A stretch of 64,000 nucleotides of DNA from an uncultured Acidobacteriota bacterium (GTDB lineage: Bacteria > Actinomycetota > Acidimicrobiia > Spongiisociales > ZC4RG35). Each line of letters opens with the position of its first letter. Position 1 is the first letter of the stretch. The stretch lies in the NCBI GenBank assembly GCA_963837055.1, contig CAWILU010000006.1, positions 513,455-577,454 on the forward strand. Reading direction: 5' to 3'. The notes under the pieces were generated by a model. The model worked only from the letters and a program-made list of their open reading frames with translations, was not told the DNA's origin and did not search any database. This document shows, piece by piece, positions 48,272 through 57,398 of this stretch. The position numbers and the translations under genes were made by a program.

Positions 48272-49045
48272 ATGCCGTCGATGACGGACCGAACTGCGCT
48301 GCTTCGGCCTGTCCCTGACAGTTTCCACCAGGCACAGGTGCGCGAGGGCAAGCCCGAGATCGATGTGACCCTGGCTCGCGCCCAGCACGACGAGTACCGG
48401 CGCCAGCTCGAGAAAGCCGGTCACTTCATCGAAGTGGTTTCCACCGACGAGGACCACCCCGACTGTGTCTTCATCGAAGATGCTGCCGCGATCGTTGGCG
48501 GTGTCGCGGTCATCGCCCGATCCGGAGCAACGACACGCCGGGGTGAGACCGGTCCGGTGGCTCACGCTCTCTCCGATCGCTACCCGACGACCGAGATCAC
48601 CGATCCAGGCACCCTCGACGGTGGTGACGTGTTCACGCTCGGTGATGTCGTCTACGTCGGCCGATCCTCTCGAACCAATTCAGAGGGGATAAGTCAGCTA
48701 CGGGCCGTTGCCCACCGCCAGGGTTTCGGGGTAGTCACGGTCGATGTCCACGACGTGCTCCACCTCAAGTCGGCGGTCCTACCGATCGACGAGGAGACGG
48801 TGGTGGTCACACCGGGATCGGTCGACGAGGACCGACTCGACGGAATCCGTGTCATTTATGAGAAGGACGCGGAGCGTCACCGGTTCAGTGCTCTGCCCCT
48901 CGGCGATGGGAGGGTGATGGTCACCGCCAATGCGCCCGCGACCGCGGAGTCGGTTTCGGCTTTGGGCTACGAAATGGTGATGATCGACGTGTCGCAGATC
49001 CAGGCAGCGGACGGCGGGCTGACCTGCATGTCGATCTTCCTCTGA
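48272..49045 (+). CDS. dimethylarginine dimethylaminohydrolase (DDAH) / amidinotransferase-superfamily hydrolase
   Basis: 257 aa. C-terminal catalytic Cys in GGLTCMSIF plus the His/Asp context of the DDAH/ADI fold. Starts at MPSMTDR; the track ORF is extended 5'. Confidence 0.7.
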   Translation: MPSMTDRTALLRPVPDSFHQAQVREGKPEIDVTLARAQHDEYRRQLEKAGHFIEVVSTDEDHPDCVFIEDAAAIVGGVAVIARSGATTRRGETGPVAHALSDRYPTTEITDPGTLDGGDVFTLGDVVYVGRSSRTNSEGISQLRAVAHRQGFGVVTVDVHDVLHLKSAVLPIDEETVVVTPGSVDEDRLDGIRVIYEKDAERHRFSALPLGDGRVMVTANAPATAESVSALGYEMVMIDVSQIQAADGGLTCMSIFL

Positions 49046-49047
49046 AC

Positions 49048-50223
49048 ATGGGTGCCGGAAGGGACGTCGTCATCGTCGGTGGCGGGGCGATGGGATCGTC
49101 GACCGCATACCATTTGATGAAGTATGAGCCATCGCTGACTGTGACGGTGGTCGAGAGGGATGACAGCTACGCCCGTGCTTCCACCGTTCTCTCCGATGGC
49201 AACGTTCGGATTCAGTTCCACCTCGAAGAGAACGTCCGGATCTCCCAGTACGCCCTGGAGGTGCTGAGCACCTTCGATGACGACATGGCCACGGCCCGGT
49301 TTCGGCCAGAAGTCGGAGCCAGACACCAGGGCAATCTGTTCCTGGCCGACGACGCCGGGCGCGGAGACGCCTTGAGCGGTGTGGCCACCCAGCAAGCTCT
49401 GGGCTGCGAGGTGGATTGGCTGGAAAGTGGGGAGATCCCGGTCAGGTTCCCGGGACTCCGGACCGAGGGGATCGCTGGTGGCACCTTCGCCCAGGTCGAC
49501 GGGTCGGTAGATCCGACCGCGGTTCTCCGTGGTTACCGGAACAAGGCCATAGAACAGGGCGCCGAGTACATCGAGAGCGAGGTAGTGGCCCTCAATGCGA
49601 CTGGAGGGCACATGACCGGTGCACGGCTCCGGTCGGGTGAGGATCTGATGAGCCCCATGGTGGTCAATGCCGCAGGAGCGTGGTCGACCGACCTGGCCCG
49701 ACCTCTCGGAGTCGAACTGCCAGTGGTGGCAGTGATGAGGACGGTCTACGTCGTTGCGACGACGGTGCCGACCGCGGGGATGCCCAGCGTCTTCCTTCCC
49801 TCAGGTGTCTACGCGATCCCGGAGAGCGATCACACCTGGATCATGGCTTGGTCCCGCCCAGAGGATCCGGTCGGTTACGACTTCACCCCGGCAGGCCGGC
49901 AGAGGTTCACCGATCTCATCTGGCCCGAGTTACATTCTCATCTACCCGTTTTCGACCGCCTCGATGTCGCTTCTGCTTGGGCGGGCCTCTATGACGTCAA
50001 CATCTTCGACGGCAACGCGATTCTCGGGGAATGGCCAACGATCGCTGGCTTGTTCCTGGCGACCGGTTTCTCGGGCCACGGCTTCCAACAGTCCCCGGCG
50101 GTGGGGCGCTATCTCGCCGAGCAGATCCTGGGGAGGTCGCCGACATTGGACCTGTCCCGTCTCGGTGGCGAGAGAGTTCTCGACAACGAGCCGCTCTACG
50201 AGCACGCCGGGCGGCTCATCTGA
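49048..50223 (+). CDS. FAD-dependent oxidoreductase (DAO family; sarcosine-oxidase-beta / glycine-oxidase-like)
   Basis: DVVIVGGGAMGSSTAYHL dinucleotide motif; 391 aa; C-terminal GFSGHGF. Confidence 0.85.
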   Translation: MGAGRDVVIVGGGAMGSSTAYHLMKYEPSLTVTVVERDDSYARASTVLSDGNVRIQFHLEENVRISQYALEVLSTFDDDMATARFRPEVGARHQGNLFLADDAGRGDALSGVATQQALGCEVDWLESGEIPVRFPGLRTEGIAGGTFAQVDGSVDPTAVLRGYRNKAIEQGAEYIESEVVALNATGGHMTGARLRSGEDLMSPMVVNAAGAWSTDLARPLGVELPVVAVMRTVYVVATTVPTAGMPSVFLPSGVYAIPESDHTWIMAWSRPEDPVGYDFTPAGRQRFTDLIWPELHSHLPVFDRLDVASAWAGLYDVNIFDGNAILGEWPTIAGLFLATGFSGHGFQQSPAVGRYLAEQILGRSPTLDLSRLGGERVLDNEPLYEHAGRLI

Positions 50224-50497
50224 AGTCGCTCGTGACAGATGCGATGGCAAGGTGTATGTTCGAAGCAGTTCGGTCGGACACGTAGGCCGGGAACGGCTGG
50301 ATCACGAGACCGGCTGAGCGCCTCACTTCGTGAGGTGGCTCCCGGGAAGCCCCGCGGGCGGAAACGTCGACGGGGCTTCTCTCATGTCCAGGCTGTCGTA
50401 ACCACTGGAACAGAACCGCCGGTCAGATCCACACGTAATGCGATCTTGACAGGTGCGCTATGGAGCGCGACGGTGACATGGTCTGACGAGGTGTGTT

Positions 50498-50905
50498 GTG
50501 ACACGTCTTCTCGCGGTGGCGCATCAGACGGCTGAGACCGAAGAGTTTCTCGAGGCGGTCCGCTCTGCGGCGCAGGACGACCATGCTGACGTGGTGGTCC
50601 TCGTCCCGGCTACCCCGGTCAAACACCTCACCAGTTGGACGCAGGGTGAGTCCCGCGCCATCGCCCGGGACCGAGCCGAAGCGGCCCGACGCCTACTCGA
50701 GGAGAGCGGGGTGAAGGTGGTCGAGGCCAGAATCGGCGACCCCGATCCCTTCGACGCGATCATCGACGCGTTGAATCTCGAGGACTTCGACCGGGTCGTG
50801 ATCTCGACCTTCCCGCCAGGAATCTCGCGGTGGCTGGGGGCGGATCTCATCAACCGACTCGGACGTTCGACATCTGTGCCGCTCACCCACGTGATCGCCC
50901 ACTGA
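50498..50905 (+). CDS. hypothetical protein (alpha/beta, USP-like?)
   Basis: GTG start; 135 aa; coding-like. No diagnostic motif. Confidence 0.35.
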   Translation: MTRLLAVAHQTAETEEFLEAVRSAAQDDHADVVVLVPATPVKHLTSWTQGESRAIARDRAEAARRLLEESGVKVVEARIGDPDPFDAIIDALNLEDFDRVVISTFPPGISRWLGADLINRLGRSTSVPLTHVIAH

Positions 50906-50964
50906 CTGGATTGCCGGTCGCAAGGGGTCACGGAAGTGTCCCACCCGACCCTTACGATCCAGTC

Positions 50965-51450
50965 ATGAGCGAGATGCCAGTCGATGTCGTCCGCAGCAAG
51001 CGACGCAAGCGGACTGCCCAGGCCTATTTCAAAGACGGGCGCCTCAGAGTCCTGGTCCCGTTCGGGCTCGACCCAAACGAGGAAGCGCGAATCATTGACG
51101 ACCTGGTCGCCCGGGTCGGCCGAAAGACCTCAGCGGGTCGGGTCGACCTCGATCGGCGCGCCCGGGCACTGGCCAAGCGATACGGGTTGGCCATGCCCCG
51201 GAGCATCGAATGGTCCGATCGCCAGATGAGGAGATGGGGCTCGTGCACACCGGGCGACCGAAGCATCAGGATCTCCAATCGGCTCGCCTCCATGCCGGGA
51301 TGGGTGCTCGATTGGGTCCTGGTCCATGAGTTGGCCCACCTCGAAGAGCCGAATCACGGCGCTCGTTTCAAGGAGCTCGTCGAGCGCTACGAGCTGGCAG
51401 AGCGGGCGAAGGGATACCTCATGGCGATGGGCGAGAGACACCAGTCGTAA
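50965..51450 (+). CDS. YgjP-like (DUF45/M48-related) metal-dependent hydrolase
   Basis: HEXXH in WVLVHELAHLEEPNHGARF. Starts at MSEMPVD; the track ORF is extended 5'. Confidence 0.65.
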   Translation: MSEMPVDVVRSKRRKRTAQAYFKDGRLRVLVPFGLDPNEEARIIDDLVARVGRKTSAGRVDLDRRARALAKRYGLAMPRSIEWSDRQMRRWGSCTPGDRSIRISNRLASMPGWVLDWVLVHELAHLEEPNHGARFKELVERYELAERAKGYLMAMGERHQS

Positions 51451-51544
51451 TGGCCGAATGGTTGTTGCCGTCCCCCCGGCGCGTCATCTCCTTCGAGCAA
51501 AAAGACCTGGCCAATGCCCGCCATGCCGAGACGCTGCCTCGTTG

Positions 51545-51572
51545 AAACGCCCCGGGCAGCCGGGGCGTTTTC
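51545..51572. terminator. intrinsic terminator between convergent genes
   Basis: ACGCCCCGG-GCAG-CCGGGGCGT followed by TTTT. Confidence 0.5.
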
Positions 51573-51864
51573 AATTCAGGCGCTCGATGAGGTGGACCGT
51601 GATCTCGTCGCCGACGCGCTTGCCGATTTCTTTCTGGATGGCTGCCTTGACTGGGAGCTTGTGGGTGCCGTCGCCCATTGCCATGAACGAGCTCTCGAAA
51701 TCGACCTCTTCCATCGTCCCCCGGACCTTGACCAGCCCCCGAGTGCCGAAATACTCGACGGAGTCGGGCATCACGACATAGGTCCAGCCGCCTTGGGACG
51801 GGCTCTTCTCCAGGACGGCGGTGAACGTCCTGTCGAGGGTGCCCTTTCCGGCGCTCACTGCCAT
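51571..51864 (-). CDS. DUF1905 domain-containing protein
   Basis: About 97 aa from [14 protein letters not shown] ... TVHLIERLN. The track ORF is extended 5'. Small conserved beta-barrel family. Confidence 0.55.
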   Translation of the reverse strand: MAVSAGKGTLDRTFTAVLEKSPSQGGWTYVVMPDSVEYFGTRGLVKVRGTMEEVDFESSFMAMGDGTHKLPVKAAIQKEIGKRVGDEITVHLIERLN

Positions 51865-52244
51865 ACCCCGACGATTATCGCGATGATGATCAGCTTCAGC
51901 AGCCAGTCGCCGGCATGGATGAGGGCGAGTCTCGACGGGACCTTCTCGTGGTACACCGAGCCGGCGAGGAGAACCACCGGGAACCCGATCCACAGGACGA
52001 GGCCGAGAAGAGCCGATTCGGCCCAGCCATCGACTCCGATCAAGTCAGACAGCGCGGCGATCACAGTGGCGAGCACCAGATTGCGTGCCATTTCGACGAT
52101 GAAATCCGGGGCAGAAGGTGCTCCCGGGTCGGCGTAGGCCGGGTGTAGCTCGGCGAGCTGGCGTCCGAAGACCGTGTACCAGATCCCGCTGGCGATGAAC
52201 ACAACCACCGCGGCCACGATGATTGCCCAATAGTTGAGGTCCAT
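51855..52244 (-). CDS. DUF1761-like small membrane protein
   Basis: About 130 aa; 4 TM helices. Its stop overlaps the downstream gene start. Confidence 0.45.
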   Translation of the reverse strand: MDLNYWAIIVAAVVVFIASGIWYTVFGRQLAELHPAYADPGAPSAPDFIVEMARNLVLATVIAALSDLIGVDGWAESALLGLVLWIGFPVVLLAGSVYHEKVPSRLALIHAGDWLLKLIIIAIIVGVWQ

Positions 52245-52432
52245 TCGCATTCTCCTCGAGTGCGGTCAATCGGATAGACACCTAGGAGAAGCGGAATTCA
52301 TCGGCCGGCCGACAATTAGTGAAGCCCCAACAAGTCAGAACCGAAGTTCTGCCCCGTCGGGGCTTCGGGAGTATTTATACCTGACGATCGGACGACTTCC
52401 AAAAGAACGCGAAAAGAAACGCTAGCTCAGTC

Positions 52433-52509
52433 TGGCGCGCCCGGGGCGACTCGAACACCCAACCTCCTGATCCGTAGTCAGACGCTCTATCCAATTGAGC
52501 TACGGGCGC
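52433..52509 (-). tRNA. tRNA-Arg (anticodon ACG)
   Basis: The reverse complement folds as a cloverleaf: acceptor GCGCCCG/CGGGCGC; D-arm GCTC-AATTGGATA-GAGC; anticodon stem TCTGA/TCAGG with loop CTACGGA (anticodon ACG); T-arm GGGTG-TTCGAGT-CGCCC; encoded CCA. Confidence 0.9.
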
Positions 52510-52522
52510 GGGAACCATCAAA

Positions 52523-53122
52523 TTATCGCAGGGCTGTTCGGCTAGGGCTAGCCGACGCGTCGATGGCCCGGCGGCCGGCGGAGCGTCGCAAGTAGATACC
52601 TGTGAGCCTGCCGAGCCCGTACTCGTAGATAGCCGCGCCGAGATTGGTCCCGGCGAGGAAGATGAGGGCATCCCTCGATGTGAGCGTGTCACTTGCAAGC
52701 GCGACTCCGAATGCCACGGCGTAATACGGCACCTCTTTGGCGATCTCGGTGCCGACATAGGCGGCGCCCACCGCGATTCTTCGGGCGCGCTCGGACCTGA
52801 CTCGCTGTGTCACCAGCTCGTAGGCAGCTTTGGATAACGCGTTGCTGCTGGTTCCCTGCGTCTCGAGAAGCTCGAAGTTCGCCTTCAGATTGATTCGAAG
52901 CCCTGCACCCCAGGCCACGTAGGTGAAGGCGAGCACCAGCAACAACAGAGTCTGTCCAACCCCTGCCAACGCCCCGGAGGCAACCAGGGCCACTCCGCCC
53001 ACAGTGGCGACCCCGTCGAGTGCATAGGTTGACATGACGGTGGCAAAGATCGTGATCAGCCAGCTCTTGACCTTGCTCCCGGATCGAAGAGCGAGTGCAT
53101 TGGTGACAGACAATGTCGACAC
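52523..53122 (-). CDS. hypothetical membrane protein (about 5 TM helices)
   Basis: 199-aa hydrophobic ORF; no motif. Confidence 0.45.
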   Translation of the reverse strand: MSTLSVTNALALRSGSKVKSWLITIFATVMSTYALDGVATVGGVALVASGALAGVGQTLLLLVLAFTYVAWGAGLRINLKANFELLETQGTSSNALSKAAYELVTQRVRSERARRIAVGAAYVGTEIAKEVPYYAVAFGVALASDTLTSRDALIFLAGTNLGAAIYEYGLGRLTGIYLRRSAGRRAIDASASPSRTALR

Positions 53123-53270
53123 TTCGGCTGAGCCTCGCTTCCATACATACCGTATGTACGCTCATACGTACTGTACGTATGGAGTGGGGAAAGTCAAGTA
53201 GTCTCCAACATTCACGAACCAGGAGGAAAGCGTCATCACCACCTCGAAACCCCGGCCCAGTCGCTCGAGG

Positions 53271-53966
53271 TTGTCTCAGCAGGAGGCCCGGCAGCGCTAC
53301 GTCGAGATCGGCGAGCTGGTTGCTCTGGAACAGATCAAGAGAGACTCCGAGACGCTAGATCTCACCTCGATCGCGGTCGGACCATTCGCCCGACTCGATG
53401 CCAACGAGGTAGCCGCCCGTGACGGCAAGACCCGCGGGGTAATCAGCAATCTGTTCGGTAGCCAGGCGGCATTCCAAGCCGCGACCATGTCGCTGGCATT
53501 GCACTCGCGTGATTGGATCGCACAGATCCAATACCCGGAGCCTGCTGAGTACGACACGGCCGGCTCATGGCTCGATGCCTTCTTCGCCAGCGAGTCGAAG
53601 CGTGGCCCGTCGCGAGGTGGTCGGCCGAAAACCAACTACGGATCCGTGTGGGCCCTCTGGCTCAGTGCTGTGCCATATGGGATGTGGAGCGAACAGATTC
53701 GCCGACCGAGCATGGAGGAGCATGTGCAATGGCTCGAGAAGCTCGAACAGGTGCTCGAGTCGGCGCTAGACCGATTCGGGGCTTCCCTTCGAGAGGGGGT
53801 GACGGTCAATGACCTCGCCTGCGCCTTTGCCAGCCTGATCGAAGGGGTCTGGCTCAACCAATGTATGACAACCCGTCATCCCTCGGACCCCTCAGAGCCG
53901 ATCGCTACGTCGTTGCGTCGTTCTGGGAGATTGCTCTGGGCCGGCGCTACCGAAGCAAACGAATAG
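53271..53966 (+). CDS. putative TetR/AcrR-like transcriptional regulator
   Basis: TTG start. ANEVAARDGKTRGVISNLFGSQAAF resembles the TetR HTH; an all-alpha C-terminal region follows. Confidence 0.4.
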   Translation: MSQQEARQRYVEIGELVALEQIKRDSETLDLTSIAVGPFARLDANEVAARDGKTRGVISNLFGSQAAFQAATMSLALHSRDWIAQIQYPEPAEYDTAGSWLDAFFASESKRGPSRGGRPKTNYGSVWALWLSAVPYGMWSEQIRRPSMEEHVQWLEKLEQVLESALDRFGASLREGVTVNDLACAFASLIEGVWLNQCMTTRHPSDPSEPIATSLRRSGRLLWAGATEANE

Positions 53967-53984
53967 CTGCGACGGCTCGTGAAA

Positions 53985-54620
53985 TCAGGTTCTAGCCCAA
54001 TAGTCCTCGGCCGATTTGCTCCGAGTCAGGGCGTCGGTGTTCTCAAATCCGGGTGCCATCGCCGCCTCGGTGTTGGCCAAGACCTCGTGGTGCTCGATGT
54101 TGAGGAGTCGGAGCCAACTCTGTTGTCCCATGGTGAGGCCGATGAAGCAGCCGAGCTCCACCAGTTCCGGCTCGGTGAAGTGCCGATACATTCGCTCCCA
54201 GAACCCGTCGTCGGTATCGAGGTGCCAGGCGATGGCCTCGGCATAGGCGAGCGCGGCCTTCTGCGGGTCGTCGTAGATCGATGAGCTCTCGAAATTCAGC
54301 AGCTCGTCGTACTGGCCCTCGACCAGACCCAGAGCCCTTCCCTTCTCCGAGCGCTGATTCCCGCAGTACTCGCATTTCACCGATCGGGAGATGTAGACCC
54401 TGCACAGCTCCTTGATCTCGTGGTCGACGATTCCCTCGCGGAACAAGCTTCGCCAGCTATCGGCGAAGAACCAGAAGGCAGCCGGCACATGGGCCCGTAT
54501 CGCCGAGCTCTCGGGACGCGGTGTTCCCTCCCGGGCGCAACGCTCCATCTCGGCCCGCATCTCCGGAGTCATGTCCTCCAACGGCAGATAACTGATCCGT
54601 TGTTTCTCACCCATCGGCAT
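53985..54620 (-). CDS. carboxymuconolactone decarboxylase / AhpD-like family protein
   Basis: CEYCGNQRSEKGRALG matches the CMD-family C-x-x-C core. The likely start MPMGEKQ is at 54620. Confidence 0.65.
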   Translation of the reverse strand: MPMGEKQRISYLPLEDMTPEMRAEMERCAREGTPRPESSAIRAHVPAAFWFFADSWRSLFREGIVDHEIKELCRVYISRSVKCEYCGNQRSEKGRALGLVEGQYDELLNFESSSIYDDPQKAALAYAEAIAWHLDTDDGFWERMYRHFTEPELVELGCFIGLTMGQQSWLRLLNIEHHEVLANTEAAMAPGFENTDALTRSKSAEDYWART

Positions 54621-54646
54621 CGTCTCCAGTTCGATCAGCTGCGAGG

Positions 54647-55702
54647 CTACTCCCGCTCCACTCCGATCTCGGTGGCCTTGATCGCCACCCATATCGACTG
54701 AGCCTCTGCCAGCCGCAAGGCTGCTGTGGCCTCCGAGGTCACCTCCACCGTGAGCGGCAAGGGCCCGCCGGTCCGGAGCCGTGTGCGTTCTCCCAGGTCC
54801 TCGATGACATCAATCGTGGTCTCCCAGGTGTTGCGGGGGCTTCCCTCAGGAGGCCCAAGATGCACCGAGACCGCGGACGGTCGGATGGTGAGGAGGACCT
54901 CGCCCAGAACCTCGTGCTCCGCCAGATGCACTCTGTGTCCACCCACATCGACCTGCCCACCCGACGCATGGCCAAAAAGGAGGTTCGATCCGGCCAGGTC
55001 GGCTGCGTAGCGCGTCCGAGGCCGAAGCCTGATGTCGTCCGGAGACCCGGACTGAGTGATGGCGCCGTTCTCGATGATGTGGACCTCGTCGGCGAGGAGG
55101 AACGCCTCGGTGGGGTCGTGTGTGATCACGAGGCGTGGCCCGGCAAAGTCGTCGAGATGGCGGTCCAATACGCGGCGAAGCTCGACACGGGTGGTGACGT
55201 CGAGAGCCGACAGCGGCTCATCCAATAGCAACAGGTCGGGCTCGATCACAAGCGCCCGCGCCAGGGCCACCCGCTGCGCCTGACCACCGGAGAGCTCGGA
55301 TGGTTTCCTCAGGCCTAGACCATCGAGCTCCAGCCGCTCGAGCCAAGCCTGCGCCCTTGTTCCCGCCTCGGCCCGACCCACTCCCCTGCTTCTCAACCCG
55401 AATGCGACGTTCTCCCGCACCGTGAGGTGCGGGAAGAGCAGATAGTCCTGAAAAACCACTCCAACCCGGCGTGACTCGGGTGGCACGTAGAGCCCGGTGG
55501 CCGGCTCGTCGAGTATGACCCCGGCCAGGGTGATCCGACCACTGTCGATTGGAAGCAGGCCGGCAATGGCACCTAGCGCGGTCGATTTGCCTGCGCCGTT
55601 CGGCCCGAGCAAGGCGACGGTCTCCCCAGCCGGGATCGACAAGTCGACGTCGACCCGGAACGCCTCACTTCTGCTCAAGCGGAATCGGGCCTCGAGGCCC
55701 AT
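54647..55702 (-). CDS. modC: molybdate ABC transporter ATP-binding protein with a C-terminal TOBE domain
   Basis: GPNGAGKST, LSGGQAQRVALARAL and LLLDEP. C-terminal TOBE-like beta domain. Starts at MGLEARF (55702); the track ORF is extended 5'. Confidence 0.8.
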   Translation of the reverse strand: MGLEARFRLSRSEAFRVDVDLSIPAGETVALLGPNGAGKSTALGAIAGLLPIDSGRITLAGVILDEPATGLYVPPESRRVGVVFQDYLLFPHLTVRENVAFGLRSRGVGRAEAGTRAQAWLERLELDGLGLRKPSELSGGQAQRVALARALVIEPDLLLLDEPLSALDVTTRVELRRVLDRHLDDFAGPRLVITHDPTEAFLLADEVHIIENGAITQSGSPDDIRLRPRTRYAADLAGSNLLFGHASGGQVDVGGHRVHLAEHEVLGEVLLTIRPSAVSVHLGPPEGSPRNTWETTIDVIEDLGERTRLRTGGPLPLTVEVTSEATAALRLAEAQSIWVAIKATEIGVERE

Positions 55703-55704
55703 GT

Positions 55705-56508
55705 CTAGACCGCTCTCCACCAACGATCCCGCAATCCGATCAACACCGCGAGAGAGACGATCACCATGACCAGGCTGAGGGCCACCGCTGTGTCCCGATC
55801 GCTTTCCAACGCGACGAACACTGCGAGCGGCAGCGTTTGGGTCCGGCCCTGGAGGTTGCCGGCGAAGGTGATCGTGGCCCCGAACTCCCCGAAGGCGCGG
55901 GCCCAAGTGAGAACCACCCCGGCCACCAGCGATGGGGCGATCATGGGCAGCGTCACCCGTCGCAACACGGTCCACCGGCTTGCTCCCAAGCTTGCGGCCG
56001 CCCCCTCGAACCGCTCGTCGAGATTTCGCAACCCCCCTTCCACGGTGATCACAAGGAATGGCATCGCCACGAAGGTATTGGCCACCACCACACCCCAAGT
56101 GGAGAAGGGAAGCAAGAGACCGGTCGCCTGGTTGAGTGGCTCGCCCACCAATCCACGACGACCGAGAGCAAAGAGGAGGGCTGCACCCCCAACAACCGGG
56201 GGCAGCACCAACGGCAGCGTGACCAGCCCACGTATCAAGGATCGTCCGGGGAAATCGAGACGGGCCATGATCCAGGCCAGAGGAATCCCGACCACGATCG
56301 CGATCATCGTGGCCGCGACCGAGGTCACCAGTGAGAGTCTCAGAGCATCGGTGACCACGTCGTCGGCGAGGAGCTCGGGTAGGTCGCTCCAGGGCACCCG
56401 GGCCAGTAGGCCGACGAAGGGCACCACGAACATGCCCAGCCCAATGCCACCCAGGATCATGAGCAAGGCCGGGGGACGTGGGGTGCGGCGCAGGCGCTCA
56501 GTGGTCAC
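55705..56508 (-). CDS. modB: molybdate ABC transporter permease
   Basis: EAA-loop AASLGASRWTVLRRVTLP in a 6-TM MetI-like fold. ATGA coupling with modA. Confidence 0.85.
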   Translation of the reverse strand: MTTERLRRTPRPPALLMILGGIGLGMFVVPFVGLLARVPWSDLPELLADDVVTDALRLSLVTSVAATMIAIVVGIPLAWIMARLDFPGRSLIRGLVTLPLVLPPVVGGAALLFALGRRGLVGEPLNQATGLLLPFSTWGVVVANTFVAMPFLVITVEGGLRNLDERFEGAAASLGASRWTVLRRVTLPMIAPSLVAGVVLTWARAFGEFGATITFAGNLQGRTQTLPLAVFVALESDRDTAVALSLVMVIVSLAVLIGLRDRWWRAV

Positions 56509-57302
56509 GGCGAGGTGAATCCATAGCTGGTCAGGATGGCCTGTCCCTCTTCGGAAAGCACGAATTCGATCCAGGCGGCCGCAGCCTCAGGGTTGGGGGC
56601 GTTGGCCAACGAGGCGATCGGATACTCGGCAACAACGTTGACCTCGGCGGGAATGTCGATTCCCTCGACCTCTCCCGGCGGGCTGGAGAGAACATCGGTC
56701 ACGTAGACGATCCCCGCATCCAGCTCATCGTTTTCGATCTTGGTGAGAAGGGCGCGCACGTCAGGCTCGTTGGTGTCGATCGCCGGGGTGACTCCGGCGT
56801 TCTCCAGAGCCTGCCGGCCAAAGTCCCCGCACGGGACGTCCTCGGCGCAGAGACCGATGAGGAGCTCTTCACTGGCGAAGTCCTCGAGCCCGGCCACCTC
56901 GCCTGGATTGCCGGCCGGGACAGCGATCTGGAGCACGTTGGTGACAAATATCTCGGGTTCACCGCTCGCCTCGACGACCTCCACCACTTGGTCCATGTTC
57001 GAGGTGTTGGCCGAAGCGAACACATCCGCCGGCGCTCCCTCCAGAATGGCCTCACGAAGACCGGAGCTCGGCCCGAGATTGAGCAGGACATCAACATCTG
57101 GATTCGCTGCCTCGAAGGCGGCTTCCACTTCAGCGAAAGCATCGGTCAAGGACGCAGCGGCCGAGACGAGCAACTCCCCTTCGAGGGCACTGGCCGCCGT
57201 GGTCGTGGCAGTGGCGGCGGTGATGGTTTCGTCGGCCGAGCCGGCGCACGACGAGACGACCAGCAAGAGGGCAACCAACCCGACCATGCGAGTCGTGCGC
57301 AT
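56505..57302 (-). CDS. modA: molybdate ABC transporter substrate-binding lipoprotein
   Basis: MRTTRMVGLVALLLVVSSC|AG lipobox; ModA fold (SAAASLTDAF ... YVTDV). AAGGAG RBS 5 nt upstream of the ATG at 57302. Confidence 0.85.
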   Translation of the reverse strand: MRTTRMVGLVALLLVVSSCAGSADETITAATATTTAASALEGELLVSAAASLTDAFAEVEAAFEAANPDVDVLLNLGPSSGLREAILEGAPADVFASANTSNMDQVVEVVEASGEPEIFVTNVLQIAVPAGNPGEVAGLEDFASEELLIGLCAEDVPCGDFGRQALENAGVTPAIDTNEPDVRALLTKIENDELDAGIVYVTDVLSSPPGEVEGIDIPAEVNVVAEYPIASLANAPNPEAAAAWIEFVLSEEGQAILTSYGFTSP

Positions 57303-57325
57303 CGTTACTCCTTTAATCTCAATGT

Positions 57326-57340
57326 GACTACCTGGTAGTC
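57326..57340. promoter_or_regulatory. perfect 15-bp palindrome (candidate operator) in the modA-padR divergent intergenic region
   Basis: GACTACC-T-GGTAGTC, 24 nt upstream of the modA start and 59 nt upstream of the padR start. Confidence 0.45.
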
Positions 57341-57398
57341 GCATGGAGAGTACTCGGTGTGCCTCGGGCATGACCCGCGTCCCTACGCTGGTATCGGG

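Noticed and set aside
52421-52436. GCTAGCTCAGTCTGG adjacent to tRNA-Arg resembling a second tRNA 5' end
   Set aside because: No cloverleaf can be completed; it overlaps the CCA end of the real tRNA on the other strand. Chance similarity to the D-arm consensus.
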